A stretch of DNA of 64,000 bases from Hydrolagus colliei (taxonomy: Eukaryota), in NCBI GenBank assembly GCA_035084275.1, contig CM068764.1:5022001-5086000 (forward strand), written 5' to 3'. Position numbers and translations under genes: made by a program. Shown piece after piece: positions 1 to 12,362 of the stretch. Below the pieces are notes generated by a model, which had not been told where the DNA came from, did no database searches, and worked only from the letters and a program-made list of their open reading frames with translations. Every line of letters begins with the position of its first letter. Positions within the stretch are counted from its first letter, which is position 1.

Positions 1-150
1 CGTTCAGGTCCTTAATCTCTTTGTTCCTGTACCAATTGTCATATGGCACAGGTAGTAGTCCCGATAAAAACTACTTTCGATAATCTTGACTTTAATTTTG
101 ACCCCAGCTCTTGAAACTCCCTCCTCAATTTATCGTGGCCAACTCTATCA
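1..150 (-). mobile_element. CR1 ORF1 (SGNH/esterase-like) fragment, degraded, running off the window edge
   Basis: Minus strand reads LRREFQELGSKLKSRLSKVV, then after a 1-nt frameshift SGLLPVPYDNWYRNKEIKDLN. This resembles the REFxELGxKLKSRTSxVVISGLLPVP segment of fish/shark CR1 ORF1 as I recall it. Confidence 0.75.
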
Positions 151-824
151 ATCTTACCATGAACGCTCGCTCATACGAAGGAACAGTCATATTTCAAACT
201 CAAGGTGTAACATACAGCCTGTCATCTGCTCAGTAGATTTCACAGCTTGAAGTGAAGCAGTCCATTGAGACTGAGAGAAAATATTTTGATGTCTGGACTT
301 GTATTTTTCTTTTCTGAAAGTTAAACCCTTTATATTGTTTAAACGTTCTCGTTTTAGACATAACCTGGATTTGTTCCTTGGCTCTATTAATAATATCAGG
401 TTGTTCTTTCAAAATATGCTAAAACATTCCTCTCTCCCTCTTTTTTTTTAGGTGAAAATTCATGTAATTTTTCCACAGCAGAAGCTAATCCCATATATTT
501 CCAGGGCGCCCCATGTTGCGTCTCTGCTATGGAGAGCGTGAAGGACACAGACTGCCCCCCAATACTCCTTTCGGCTGGCTGCTCTGAGACCCCATTTGCT
601 CTGTACCCCAGAGGGAAATATCGCTGCCTGCTTGGCATATGCTCAGTTTGGATGCCTGCCAATCCTCCACTCCCCACAGGGCTTGTGATTGCACACTAGA
701 ACACAGGGACTAAATCGGCTTCTCACAACCTGTGTTGTAGCACCTTTACAAAACACAGGACCCAGCGCAACAATGGTGTACAATTACTGACCCGCAGACT
801 GAGAGCCATATAAACAAGAGATCA

Positions 825-1035
825 AAATCACTCACACAGACACGCAGAAAGTACACACACACTCACACGCAGAAAGTACAACAAAATTACATTTGTGTAG
901 CGCTTTTCACGTCGGGAGAATATCCCAAGGCGAGCACACACAACGCAAGCACACAGACAATGCACACGCACACGCGGGCATACAGACAATACACACAGGT
1001 AGACAAACCATACACACACAAATCATGCACACATA
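825..1035. repeat. CA-rich low-complexity tract interrupted by an L2 tail
   Basis: Seen directly; explains the spurious CVCV ORFs. Confidence 0.75.
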
Positions 1036-2378
1036 AGACCATCTATTTGTGACATGTTGCATACCAGATATCTCCTGATTTTTCAAGCCCTCAGAGCCTT
1101 CCACATAACCACATTTCGCCTACAGAAATGCAGGCCCTACCCTTCACAGTGAATCCTGTGAAGTACATCGAGATGTTCTCGACGACCTAATAAGGCACCG
1201 TATCAAAAGCGGGGATCATCATTACAGTTAAAGACAGAAGATTGGACTTGGACAACCAAGTAGTCTGCTCTTGCACATCAATTTCATGAAGTGAGGAATG
1301 AAGATACAATTTGTTTAATAGTGCAAGATGGTTTCATCCTCCATATCAAAAACCATCTCTCTCTCTCTCCCCCTCTCACTGGCCTGTATATTAATGCCTA
1401 GCATGCAGTATCTCTCCAAGTATGGTAATCTCATGATTAGGAAGGACGGGGACAGTGGAGGAGTGGTGGGGGGGAAGAAGAGAGGAGAAAGCTTCCTAAA
1501 CCGATCCGTCCCTTCTAATAGAAAATCTTTTGAATAGAACGAAAAACAGATTTCCAATTCCTGATAATAGGCAGCAAAATAAAACGTAGCAATCAACTTA
1601 GTAGTTAGAATACATTATACAACTTGCCAAAAGCAGTCGGAAATTTAAACTGATGATAATAACAACAACAACCCTTGTATTTGATGTAGCGCCTTATCAC
1701 GTATTCGAGACGTCTCAAATCGCTTCACACCATATATTGTAAAGTTTTGTGGGCGAAACGTACACAAGGATCACACTAAACCTCTGAATACTAGAGCAAA
1801 TTTTTTTAAAATTGCAGGCCTTTCGTGCTTAATGGGTTAACTTCCAAACTGGTCGACCTGCATTTCCCTTTTATTTATGGACTTTTCTCTATGTTGCTCT
1901 TCAAAAGAAAATTACAGTAGAACCTCTTCAGAGGCATAACAGTTTCTGTAATAAAAACAAACAGGCGATTAATCATTTTCATTGCGGCTCTCACCGAGCA
2001 ATGCGGTTTTGGACTCCACAAATCCACTCTCTTTACTCTCTACAAGGATTTTCCCTTCACCAACATTCACAGTACAACAGACTTTATGTAACTAAAGAAA
2101 AACAAATAAACCGGACAGGAATGGAATGGAGAGGAGGGGGGAGGTGGGTGGGGGAGAAAGGTGGGGAATGCAGGGGGTGGGGGCTGACTCCACAGTCTTG
2201 TGCAAACAGTAAAGAGAAGGAGATGCAAAGCGAGGTATAAAAGTTGCACCCTGCCAATTAATGTGCATTGCCTGCAAATAATCCTCTCTCATTTCCATTG
2301 TGTTCCCGATAGCTGCGCATTCCAAAGACTTTCAGCAAAATGCACCGATGCTATTTGCAAGGAAGCAAATGACTTTGT

Positions 2379-2686
2379 GGAGCTCCTGTGGCTCAGTGGT
2401 TAGAGCACTTGTCTTGCAAACTGGGGAGACCTGTGTTTGAATCCAGACAGGTCAGGGCGAAACCTTGGGCAAGTTTCCTTACTCCATACGCCTAATAATA
2501 GTCCGTCCAAAAAAACCACAATAATAAAATTGATCATTTCAATTCACGACTGTTTGTGGGACACTGCTGTGTGCAATTGGTTGCCGCGATTCGCCCACAA
2601 ATTCACTTTACAGTATATTCTGTGAAGCGCTTTGGGATGTCGATAAGATGTGAAAAGTGCTATATCAAATGCAAGGATTATTATTA
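2379..2686 (+). mobile_element. Full-length tRNA-derived SINE with L2-type (TTA)n tail (resembles holocephalan SINE2-1_CM/EshSINE-type families)
   Basis: A-box tggctcagtgg, B-box-like gtttgaatcc; body ccttgggcaagtttccttactcca...gactgtttgtgggacactgctgtg; tail tgtgaagcgctttggga...tatatcaaatgcaaggattattatt. Confidence 0.9.
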
Positions 2687-2754
2687 TATTGATGGGTAAT
2701 GGATTTAAATAATGGATAAATAAAAATGGATTTGGATAATGGATTTGAAGACCT

Positions 2755-2915
2755 TGAACACCTTTGAGGATGGTCGTGCCTGAAGACCTTCCTCTTCGAC
2801 CGCGCTTACTGTCACCTTTCCCGTCCCCTTGGCTTGGCTTCCAGCTCTGCCATTGTGAAGTGCTTTGAGGCACCGCCCGTAGTGGAGGGCGCTATATAAA
2901 TGCACGTTGTTGTTG
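2755..2915 (+). mobile_element. Short L2 3' end
   Basis: gaagaccttcctcttcgaccgcgc...tgtgaagtgctttgagg...ggcgctatataaatgcacgttgttgttg. Confidence 0.75.
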
Positions 2916-4164
2916 GTTTAAAGTTATTAAAATTCAGCCTCCTAGATTCGGTCTCTTCTAAAGTCATGTTAATAAGACCTGGGGTGGAATTTCTACAACT
3001 GTTTAATCTGAACTTGTTTTTTGCCCGATTGCTAAGGTAAGCTTTGACAGGTTTTAAATTTGGAATGCAAACCTCAACTCGACAGAACCAGGAAAGGCAC
3101 GAACGCAGGGTTAAAGACATAAATAGCCTCCTGTCGTCTCTATGTGGCATTCTCAACATCTGGTGTTTTGGTTTTGAAGAACGTGAAGGTGTGCCTCGGT
3201 GTTAAATTCTTCCTCCCAACTGTCCTCCCAACACATAACAGAGCATTCTCTACAGTTCTAACAGTGACTGCACTGTGTGCACAGGCTGATCGGCACAAGG
3301 AATATGTCTATGGAGCAATGCAAGAGCACGTCTCTCCTCTGCGTTTCCCTTCCTGTTACTTGTCTGACCTCCGCTGGAAGCCAGTTCCAGAAACCAGCGC
3401 CTGAACGTGATGGTAACAAGGCTGCCCTGACCATTGGAGGATTTCCTGAAGGAATACTTTCGGAGGGAGGGCCAATTCGGAAGCTCCAAGACCGTGGTTG
3501 AACAGTTGACGGAAACTGCAACTGCATATTTGAAGTAGGCGCGGCCTACCTTATTGTGCGAAGGATACATCTTTGAAACCCATCACAGATCCCTGTAAAT
3601 ATTGCAAGTTGCACTCTGTCAAACCTCTAGCCTGGTGTGACCCTGACCCTGGCAGACGGTTGACAACTACCTATGTTATTTCAACAGATCCATCTGCTTA
3701 ATAACAGCGCGTTTGACAAACTTGGCTCGAATACCATGGGTATTGAAAAACAGCGAGGTTATGGAAACCTCAAAGCTGGTGAAGATGTTCAAATAGGTGT
3801 TCCGGGGGTAGTAATGACTGTATAACTTGATGCCCGAGTTAACACTTCAGGTTTGTCAGCAAATTGCACCATCTGGAGGGAGGATGTACTCAACTCACAC
3901 TGGCCTCGCTCTCCTATCATCTATTGAGAAGGGTTGAGACTTTGTGAGAGCCTTTATTTTACTGTTATTAAAGAGCTAAAGCTTTGCATGCGCAGAATAC
4001 TAAACTCTAGTGTGTTTTTTTCTGCCTCAGTTCAATATAATGTGTTACAAGGAGTTTTAATGAGGCTTCTGGTTACACTGTCAGGGTGAAAGTCACAGTG
4101 CAACCCGACTCTTCCCCCAGCTGAAAATGAGGTTTTGGGGTTAAAAGGAAGGAAAGGGGGTAGG

Positions 4165-4476
4165 AATAATAATAATCCTTGCACTTGATAAAGCACTTTT
4201 CACATCTTCTAGACGTCTCAAAAGCAGAATATACTGTAAGATAAATTGAACGTATAATTGTGGGCAAAACGCGGCGATCAATTGCGCAGAGCAGTGTCCC
4301 ACAAACAGTCATGGAATTGAAATGTCCAAATTATTATTGTTTTTTTTGAGGGATTATTAGGCGTGTGGTGGAGTAAGGGAACTTGCCCATGTTCTCGCCC
4401 TGCCGGGAATTGAATCCAAGTGTTTCGCTTGTAAGGCGAGTGCTCTAACCAATGGGCTACAGGCTACAGGACTCCA
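4165..4476 (-). mobile_element. Full-length tRNA/L2-tail SINE
   Basis: Reverse complement of the same consensus. Confidence 0.9.
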
Positions 4477-4518
4477 CGAAGGCATGGGCCCCCCAAAAAA
4501 AGAATAAATGTCGGGACA

Positions 4519-4560
4519 GGGTTTGGAAGGCTTAAAATTGGGTTTGGAAGGCTTAAAATT
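4519..4560. repeat. Perfect 21-bp tandem duplication (gggtttggaaggcttaaaatt)x2
   Basis: Seen directly. Confidence 0.92.
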
Positions 4561-7479
4561 GGTACCAAATATAGGATTACATCCACTTGATCAAAATGCA
4601 CGTAGAAAGATTCTGGGGGCAAGCCTGAACATACACCGATCTTGTAACAAATATGTTGGCCACATTCTGAAATGGAAGAGCTTGCTAAAAAGGAAACGCA
4701 ATCCAGGCATCGTCTTTCAATGGCTCAGCAACGGAACGGCTAAGTTTGTTCAGAAAACGTTCCCAATCTCTACGGCTCGACACGATGCCAGCACTGCCTG
4801 AGGGACACTGTGGCTTGAAGCACATTTCCGAAGGAGGAAAGCCACATTTAGATCCTTTCTGTGAATAGTCCAAACAGCGAACTTTCTGAACACGCTTCTA
4901 AATCTGGAGCCCAGCTGCGAAAAACAAGACCATGTAGCAGACCAACGCAGAGTCACTAACGGCTAGTACTGAATGGGAAACTGGCAACAGGCAGGTGTCT
5001 GGCAATGAGGTGAACACAGGGTCCACCAGGTTATGCGAACCAGCCACTTCCTGATAACACATTGATCAAGTTAATTCTTAACCTACTTAAAAATGCAGCT
5101 TCAGAACCTGATCTTGTTTAGGCATAATAACATTACCTACAAGTATGAAGGTTCAGGGGAGATTATTCTTATTATTATCTATATCAGGTGCTCTCTACCA
5201 CCCATCGTTGTGCAATTGGACCAATTGGACACCAATTAGACATCAGTGGGAAAACGCAACACTTTTTTAAAGTGCATTTGCAGTGAACGCAACACGTAGC
5301 TGGCTGTGACGTTGAGGCTGTGATTCTATTGTAGGGTTTGGATAAAAACGTCACGTTTTTATAACAAAGAAAGTACCAATGGGGTAATAACTAAGTCAGC
5401 TTAAATTCAGCTTAAATATTCAATAACAACAACTTGCATTTGTATAGTGTCCATCACGCAGGGTACAGCGTCCCCGACCGCTTATTCACTGGGCAGATAT
5501 TCATCGACAACAGTTAAAAGGTTGGAATGGAAGCTGGTGTCTAAAGTTCAGCCTTGGGTTTGAAGTGCTTACAAAAGAAAATAACACAACAGCTGTACCA
5601 GATATTGGTATTGGTTGGGAAGTGGAAGGAGATAGGTGCCATGCAGCAGGTTTACACACACAGAAAACACAACCAATTACATCTGGTTCAGGAAAAACAC
5701 AAGCGAATTCGGATTGCAGGCAAACAAAGAAACACAAGACTCAACTCCATTCTGGCTGGTAGTTCGGTCTATGCATAGATAAAAGGATCGGCTATTGAAT
5801 TCACAGCAGGTGGGAATAGCATTTGGTTCCTGGCTAGGGATCCCTGAAGGCAGGATTCGCTCTGTTTTGCCATTGGAGCTCAATCAATTAAAGCCATAAC
5901 TGCAGACTATCCCATATAGCTGAAGACCTGCTAAACGCACATGCATTCAACTCCTGCTTCATATATACAAGGTATATATATATACATATATATCTTCGGT
6001 ACTGGGAACTTGCATCAGCTTCAAGCACTTCAAGACGCCGTCCGGCGTGAAAGGCGCTATATAAGCGCAACTTGTTGCGGCCGCTCAGCCAGGCTGTTCA
6101 ATAAATCTAAAATCAATCAATGGATTTTATTCCCCCCCCATCCTGTTCAATTTCACTGAATGGGTAAAACTTGCATATTCTTGCCATCAGGTGATCAGAT
6201 TTCCACAGTCCTGTTGCCAGATCAGATTACTGCTATATGTGGGAACTTTTGTTTCGAAATAATAACTTTTTGAAAATAGGAATGTGGCCACTCAACCCAC
6301 GACTGTTTGCGGGACAACGCTGGGCACAACAGGCTGCTGCATTTCGCCCACAAAATACGCAGCCAATCTGCTTTACAATATATCCTGTGAAGCACTTTTG
6401 AGGGGTCCTAACAACGTGATAAGGTGCTAGATCAAATGCAAGGATTATTATCAATTATTATAATTATCGTTATTAAATCCCGGTTTTCTCCTCTCCTCTG
6501 CTCAAGGTGCTGAATTTTTCTTTTTTTTCACAAGCTTTCTCGGCTTTGTGACCCAAAGCACAAAAAAACCATTGAATTCCCCGTTTGGCTCGCGTTTGCC
6601 AACTGAATTCCACACAGTCCGCGAAGCAGAAAATAGGGCAAATACATGTGGCTACAGCACGGCAGTTGGAGCCTGGCGTACATCACTGGAGATCTCTGCT
6701 TCTGTAATGTTTTGCTTCTTTTAGTAAAAGGAGGCCATTTACCTCCAGTCACAGAGCTGAGCTAAACTAAACGTCCAGCCTAGCCCCACCACTCGGGGAT
6801 CGAAGTGAGTTGCATTCTGAATCCAGGTGGCCATCTGGCTTAGAGCCAGGAGGATATAGTGAGGTGGGGTGGGGCGGTGAAAACGAGTGGATTTTAGTTG
6901 CTGAGACTGTGGAATCCACCAAGCTGAATAATGGAGATCTCTTCATTTGCGCAGGTCACGTGAATTGAGTTTTATTCTGAACAGTGCGCACTGTATATAT
7001 ATGATACACAGGGGAAAGTCTGGAATAACAAATACTTACAGATATGATGCAAGCAGCTCAAACCAAACTGGTGTACAGTCATAAAATTATTCAAATAGTG
7101 GCTGCTGTACAGCAGGCTGTTATAGCTCTTTCTTTGTGACATTTAATAGTTTCCCCAGAGAGTCTAGCTCTGGCTGAGGCTGTTCATTACCGACTAGATC
7201 GCACAGATCAGCTTTTCACCTCTGAAATTTCTCTGCATTTCTATCTTGGTTGTTTGTCTTTTGGCAAGACTGTTGTCGCACTCCGCCTCATCTTTACTGG
7301 ATTAAAATCTTACCGAGGTGATACGACTGGGATTACTTGTTCCCGCCTCGGGAGATTAGAGTACAATTTTGTGAAATTGAGTCAATCAAAATCAATAAGA
7401 ATCTTTACGTATGATTATTCCCTCAGCGCTTCTCAAATGTTTTACTCTAAAGTGTAATGACTTTTTGTATTTTATGAGG

Positions 7480-7745
7480 CAACCAATGTTGCTCAATGTC
7501 CCACAAACAGTCATGAAGTGAATGGCCAATTTAACCTGGGGAATTGTCGGCCAGGATTCAGTGAGAAACTCCCTTCTCTCTTTTTTTGAAAAGTGCCATA
7601 GGATCTCTGAAAATGCAACGCTACCCCAGGACTGCACTGGTGTGTCAGCCTAGACTGTCAGCTCAAAGTCCCAACCAGGTGGTTTGAACCCCCCCTAACC
7701 TTCGTCCTCAGCGGTGAGAGTCCTACCAACTGAGCCAGGCTGACA
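7480..7745 (-). mobile_element. Deu-domain SINE, old partial copy; further fragments at about 34345-34445 (-), 48370-48540 (-) and 54325-54400 (+)
   Basis: Minus strand: ggctcagttggtaggactctc...ctaggctgacacaccagtgcagt...gatcctatggcacttttc...agaagggagtttctc...ctggcc. Confidence 0.72.
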
Positions 7746-8249
7746 CCTTGAATTATCCACGGTCAAATTTTCAAACAAAGGTTACCTACGAAGTTGCAAC
7801 TCTGCTAATGTGTTCATTAATAACAATAACAATTATAATTTTGTTAATCCACTCAATCCATGACTGTTTGTGGGACACTGCTGGGTGCAATTGGCTGCCA
7901 CATTTCGTCCATAAGTTTACAGTCAATTCACTTTACAGTACATTCTGTGAAGCGTTTTGAGACGTCTCAAATACATGAAAAGCACTATATCAAATGCAAG
8001 CATTATCATTATTATTCCCTTGTATGTAAGGTGCAAACCGAAGAGAATTGCCATGCGCTATTATCTGCCGCTTTTCGCAAAAGACACCATCACTACACTT
8101 TCCAGTATCGTCTGTGAAGCGCTTTGGGGCGTCTCAACCACGTGCTAAGGCGCTATATCAAATGCAAGGATTAATATTATTGTTATTATAATGACAAAGC
8201 CATCAAGTGCTCATTTTTTTTCTCACTTCATTTGCATTAATGGCGTGTT

Positions 8250-8518
8250 TTCAGCCTCTCTGCCCCCTCACTCTGGAACTCCATCCCACAGTCCCTTCGT
8301 CTCATTTCCTCCCTCGTCTCCTTCAAGGCCGGTTTCAAGGCCCTCGTCTTCGATCATACCTTCTGCTGCCCTCCCAACTCTCTCCCTCCTCTCCTAACTC
8401 TTTCCTGCCACCTTCCCCCTACCCTGCCCCCCTTCCCCTGCTCAGGCCCCGACCTGCTCAGCGCCTTGGGACGTCCTCCTGACGTCCTCTAGAAATGTAA
8501 TGTTGTTGTTGTTGTTGT
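8250..8518 (+). mobile_element. L2 3' UTR fragment with (TTG)n tail, ending about 75 bp from the exon 18 donor
   Basis: ttcagcctctctgcccc...ctctggaactccatccc...cagcgccttgggacgtcctcc...tgttgttgttgttgttg. Confidence 0.85.
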
Positions 8519-8591
8519 GGAGAGGGCACCTTGGAGAGAATATTACCTTGTGGGAAAACGCAAAGAGCGAATGCTGCTGAGAGCCACTTAC

Positions 8592-8740
8592 TTGACAAAT
8601 TTGATGCAGAACTGGGTGAAGTACTTGCGGGTGGAGGCCAGGTTGTCTCGGATGATGGGCACATTCTGTTTCACGTGGAGGATAATGGACGTGACGTACG
8701 GACTCTGGTCGCCCACGTGCTCCACATTCTGCCACGGCAT
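8592..8740 (-). CDS. VPS53: VPS53 exon 18, 149 nt, [49 protein letters not shown](N)
   Basis: Within ORF 8588..8890; cgcag| acceptor, |gtaagt donor; phase 0-2. Confidence 0.97.
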
Positions 8741-9216
8741 CTGCGGCGCACACACATTGTCAGTCAGCCTGAAAATTTCATGGCACGGACACACAAGAAA
8801 CACACGCGACGAGCCCTCAGCTTCTTCTGAAACATTAGGAATAATAATCCGCGGCAGGGGAGGGCTGGGCAGGCAGAGGAAGCGACACAAATCGCCATTT
8901 TATTTTACCCCACGCCCCTCCCCCAAAGTTTAGTTTGGCAGAATTTTGCAGAAAGAATACTGGGAAACCGAGAGCGAGAAAGAGGGAATGATTCCAATCA
9001 ATCAATCAATCAAAACTTACATTTATATAGCGCTTTTCAGGTCGAGAGGACGTCCCAAGGCGCTGTACAGTCAGGTAGGGACAAGAGCAGGGGGGGAGGG
9101 GATCAGTGCAGGATGAAGGACAGCAGGAGAATTGACTGTATATTTGTGGGTATATATTTCCAACTCATGTCGCAGCTTTCTAATTTAATGTGGTAGCCCT
9201 AAAATCTACTAAATTT

Positions 9217-9322
9217 AAAATGGTAAACTGTGTGGTTGTGGCTGGTTAAACTCCCAACGGTACCCCAACTCATACTCTACTGCTGGAGTTTAACCAACTA
9301 AAACCACACAGCTTACCATTTT
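9217..9322. repeat. Inverted repeat: 38-bp arms (9217-9254 and 9285-9322), 34/38 complementary, 30-nt loop
   Basis: Left arm aaaatggtaaactgtgtggttgtggctggttaaactcc; reverse complement of right arm aaaatggtaagctgtgtggttttagttggttaaactcc. Confidence 0.9.
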
Positions 9323-9509
9323 CTCTACCTCTCTCCAGGTCGAGATTGTGCATTGCATTCCAGACACTTGAGGGAAATTTCTCTGTGGAAGTGGCACACT
9401 GATGTGGAATTCAATCTGCTTTCGATACTCTGAAGCATGGTGGCGGGTTTCTGTACATGTCGGACACACGGCTGAGCAAAAACGATATCCATTAAGTAAC
9501 ACACCATAG

Positions 9510-9526
9510 ATGTCCTCCTGATGTAG

Positions 9527-9563
<37 letters not shown>

Positions 9564-9665
9564 AGTTGGAGCTGTATGTGGGTGGGGGCTTGTATGTATC
9601 CCTCTGATGAAGCTGTGTGTGTGTGGGTATCCCTCTGATAGCGCTGAGTGTGTGTGTCCCTCTTA
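9510..9665. repeat. (GT)n microsatellite within a degenerate ccctctgat...gctgtgtgtgt minisatellite
   Basis: Pure GT run at about 9528-9560, followed by 3-4 degenerate units. Confidence 0.8.
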
Positions 9666-9870
9666 GCGAATGGAGAAATTTGCTAGCTAAGGGCAGGTTA
9701 TACAGGCCTTGTTTCTAATGATGGGGCTGCTGTCCAGCACCTGAGGAAGAGGGACCAACCGCGCTGGAATTTATATTGTGGACACGGAGCCTTTTGCTCT
9801 GCACATTGTATGTTTCAAACCATCATATTTGCTATTCCAAATTAAAGAGAATTTAAAGGGTTTAAGGTCA

Positions 9871-10050
<180 letters not shown>

Positions 10051-12158
10051 TTAATATTCACTGCCTGGTACATTTCTCCCTCCGTGTGGGGAAGCAATGT
10101 CTCCGCACAACAGGATGGAAACTCGCCTTGTGTGGAAACGTGGGCACAGACCCACATCCCCACCCAGCCTTTAAAGGAACCCATTAGAGCTCCAATGTGC
10201 CACAGTCCAATGCCTTCCTTAAAATAAGAACTGATTTTTAAGAGCCATTTGAAAATGTAGCCACATCTGGGTATTTAAGGAATTCCTCCTGTTGAAATGA
10301 GAGCCTCTGGTACACTGGCCAGCTTCGATGCACAGATGCAGAAAACATTTGTTTCAATACTTTTAAAAATTACTGTCAGAATTGCATTCATCTGTGGCAT
10401 TTATTTGATAATTCCCCACATTCTCCAGGGCTGAAGAGGTTAACCTGTGATCCAATCCAGCTTTTTGGAATAATAAAATAATAATGAAGGATTGATACGG
10501 TAGAGAAGGAAAGCGTAAAATGAACGTAACCTTCAAATTTAATCTGAAATGTCAGCCTCTGCATGAAGACTCTTTCTGGGTTCACTTTTAAAAGTGTTAC
10601 AAGTGAATCCAGAAAAGGACTTCAGACACAAAGGGTTTTGAGAATCTGGAATGTAGGCTCTTAGAATGCGAACAGAATCAAATGAGGTGTTTAAGAGGGA
10701 GACGGATTGGTATTTGGGAAGGAAGGGGAAAATTGGATATGGGGAAACAGGAGAGATTTCAGGGTAGGGGAGCGGAAGGAAAGAGGATGATTGATTAATG
10801 TATTTTATTTTGAGGTTATTTAAATTGCATGGCATAAAGGATCCTTATATTTTATTAGGGTCAGACTCTAAGATAAAAAGGGATACCGGGGGGGGAGGGG
10901 AGCAGAGAATTGGGATTCAGTGAAGGAGTTAGCAGGAGTAGGTTGAATGGTCTCTTATGCTAATACCCGCTGTGATTCAAGAGACAAATAACAGATCGCA
11001 GGATTTGTTGGTAACAAGCCACAGTGCAATGAAAACGCATGTAGCTGCTAACCTTGTATCTTTACTGAACTTTATCGTCTGTAGATATGGTATAAGTATT
11101 GGATTTATGCCGAGACTGTATTTGAAGCTTCAGTTTCCACTCAGACTGAACTAAGCTGGTAGCGTTTGGCAAGAGCTTACGCCAGATTTTGCATTCAAAC
11201 CCACAGGCCTCTCTGGTCGTTACAACCAGCAAGAGTTTGATGAAGTAGTGAGCCAAAAGTGACATCCAAAAATATCCTTCACAACCTGACTGCTTGAAAA
11301 CAACAGCAGCCAAGCTGTTTCAGATGGCTGCTGAGTGTTGAATTGGGGAAAGTGTTATTTAAGAGGTTTGATAAGTAATGAAAAGAGCTCGTTAATTGGA
11401 GCCAAATTTTATGGGTGGAAAACTGTGAACCTTTTAGTGAAAATCAGTCACTTCTGACACCCGCACCTCATGCATGCAAATCTGCCTTGGACTGCTGACT
11501 GTAATTATGTGCGGTCCCTTGTTTTTTTGGCTGACCAAATAAGAGGAAAATATTTTGGTATCTTTAACGTAACAACTGTGTACCACCCTCTTTTAAAAGA
11601 CATTGGTGACCAAAACTATTTTGGCAGCCCTGGGAGACTTCATTAGATTGGCGCCATATGGTTTACTCCCCGAAGAGCAGCAGTGAGCAAAATTAACAAT
11701 AACCCAAAAACGATACATGATTGAAATATTTTGGCACTCGCGAGTTTCACATCCAAACCAAGTGGTAAAACAGTGCAGGAAATAGTTGTGGTTTTGCACC
11801 ATCTTCTTGTAATCCACAGTCTTTCCAGCCCGACTGAAATAGCTCGTGGCTTCATCACAAAGAATCTACAGAAGGGCCCGGCACAAATAAGGCAGTGTGT
11901 AAAGCGGGACGCTTCCATTACAGGGACCTCAGTCTTCAAAGGCGAAGATGCAGAACAAACGTACAGCCCGTTTGATGCGACGATATTTGCGCGGAAGCCA
12001 CGCCACAAGCCAAAGAAATTTACAGACGAGAAGCAGGCCATTTGGCCCATCGTGTCTGTGCTAGCTCTTTAAAGAGCAATTCTTTCAGCCCCATTTACCC
12101 GACCCACTCCCACATCCCTGCCCTCCACCCCTCCTGACCCCCACCCCAGCTCAGCGAG

Positions 12159-12362
12159 TTGACTGTATATTTGCGGCAGCATTTTGCGCACCACAGTGTC
12201 CCACAAATTGAATTGACCAATTTTTAAAAAAAATTTAGAGGGACTATTATTATTAGGTGTGTGGAGTAAGGAAACTTGCCCAAGGTTTCGCCCTGCCTGG
12301 AATCTAAACCAGGCCACTTGCTTGTAAGGTGAGTGCTCTAACCATTGATCTACAGGACTCCA
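12159..12362 (-). mobile_element. tRNA/L2-tail SINE, tail missing
   Basis: Head and body match the consensus. Confidence 0.85.

Noticed and set aside
5342-5362. Short palindromes (ataaaaacgtcacgtttttat; also about 25162 and 37745)
   Set aside because: Stems of 10 bp or less are expected by chance in 64 kb.
1-8591. VPS53 exon 19 ([23 protein letters not shown])
   Set aside because: Not found by eye on the minus strand; probably lies beyond position 1.
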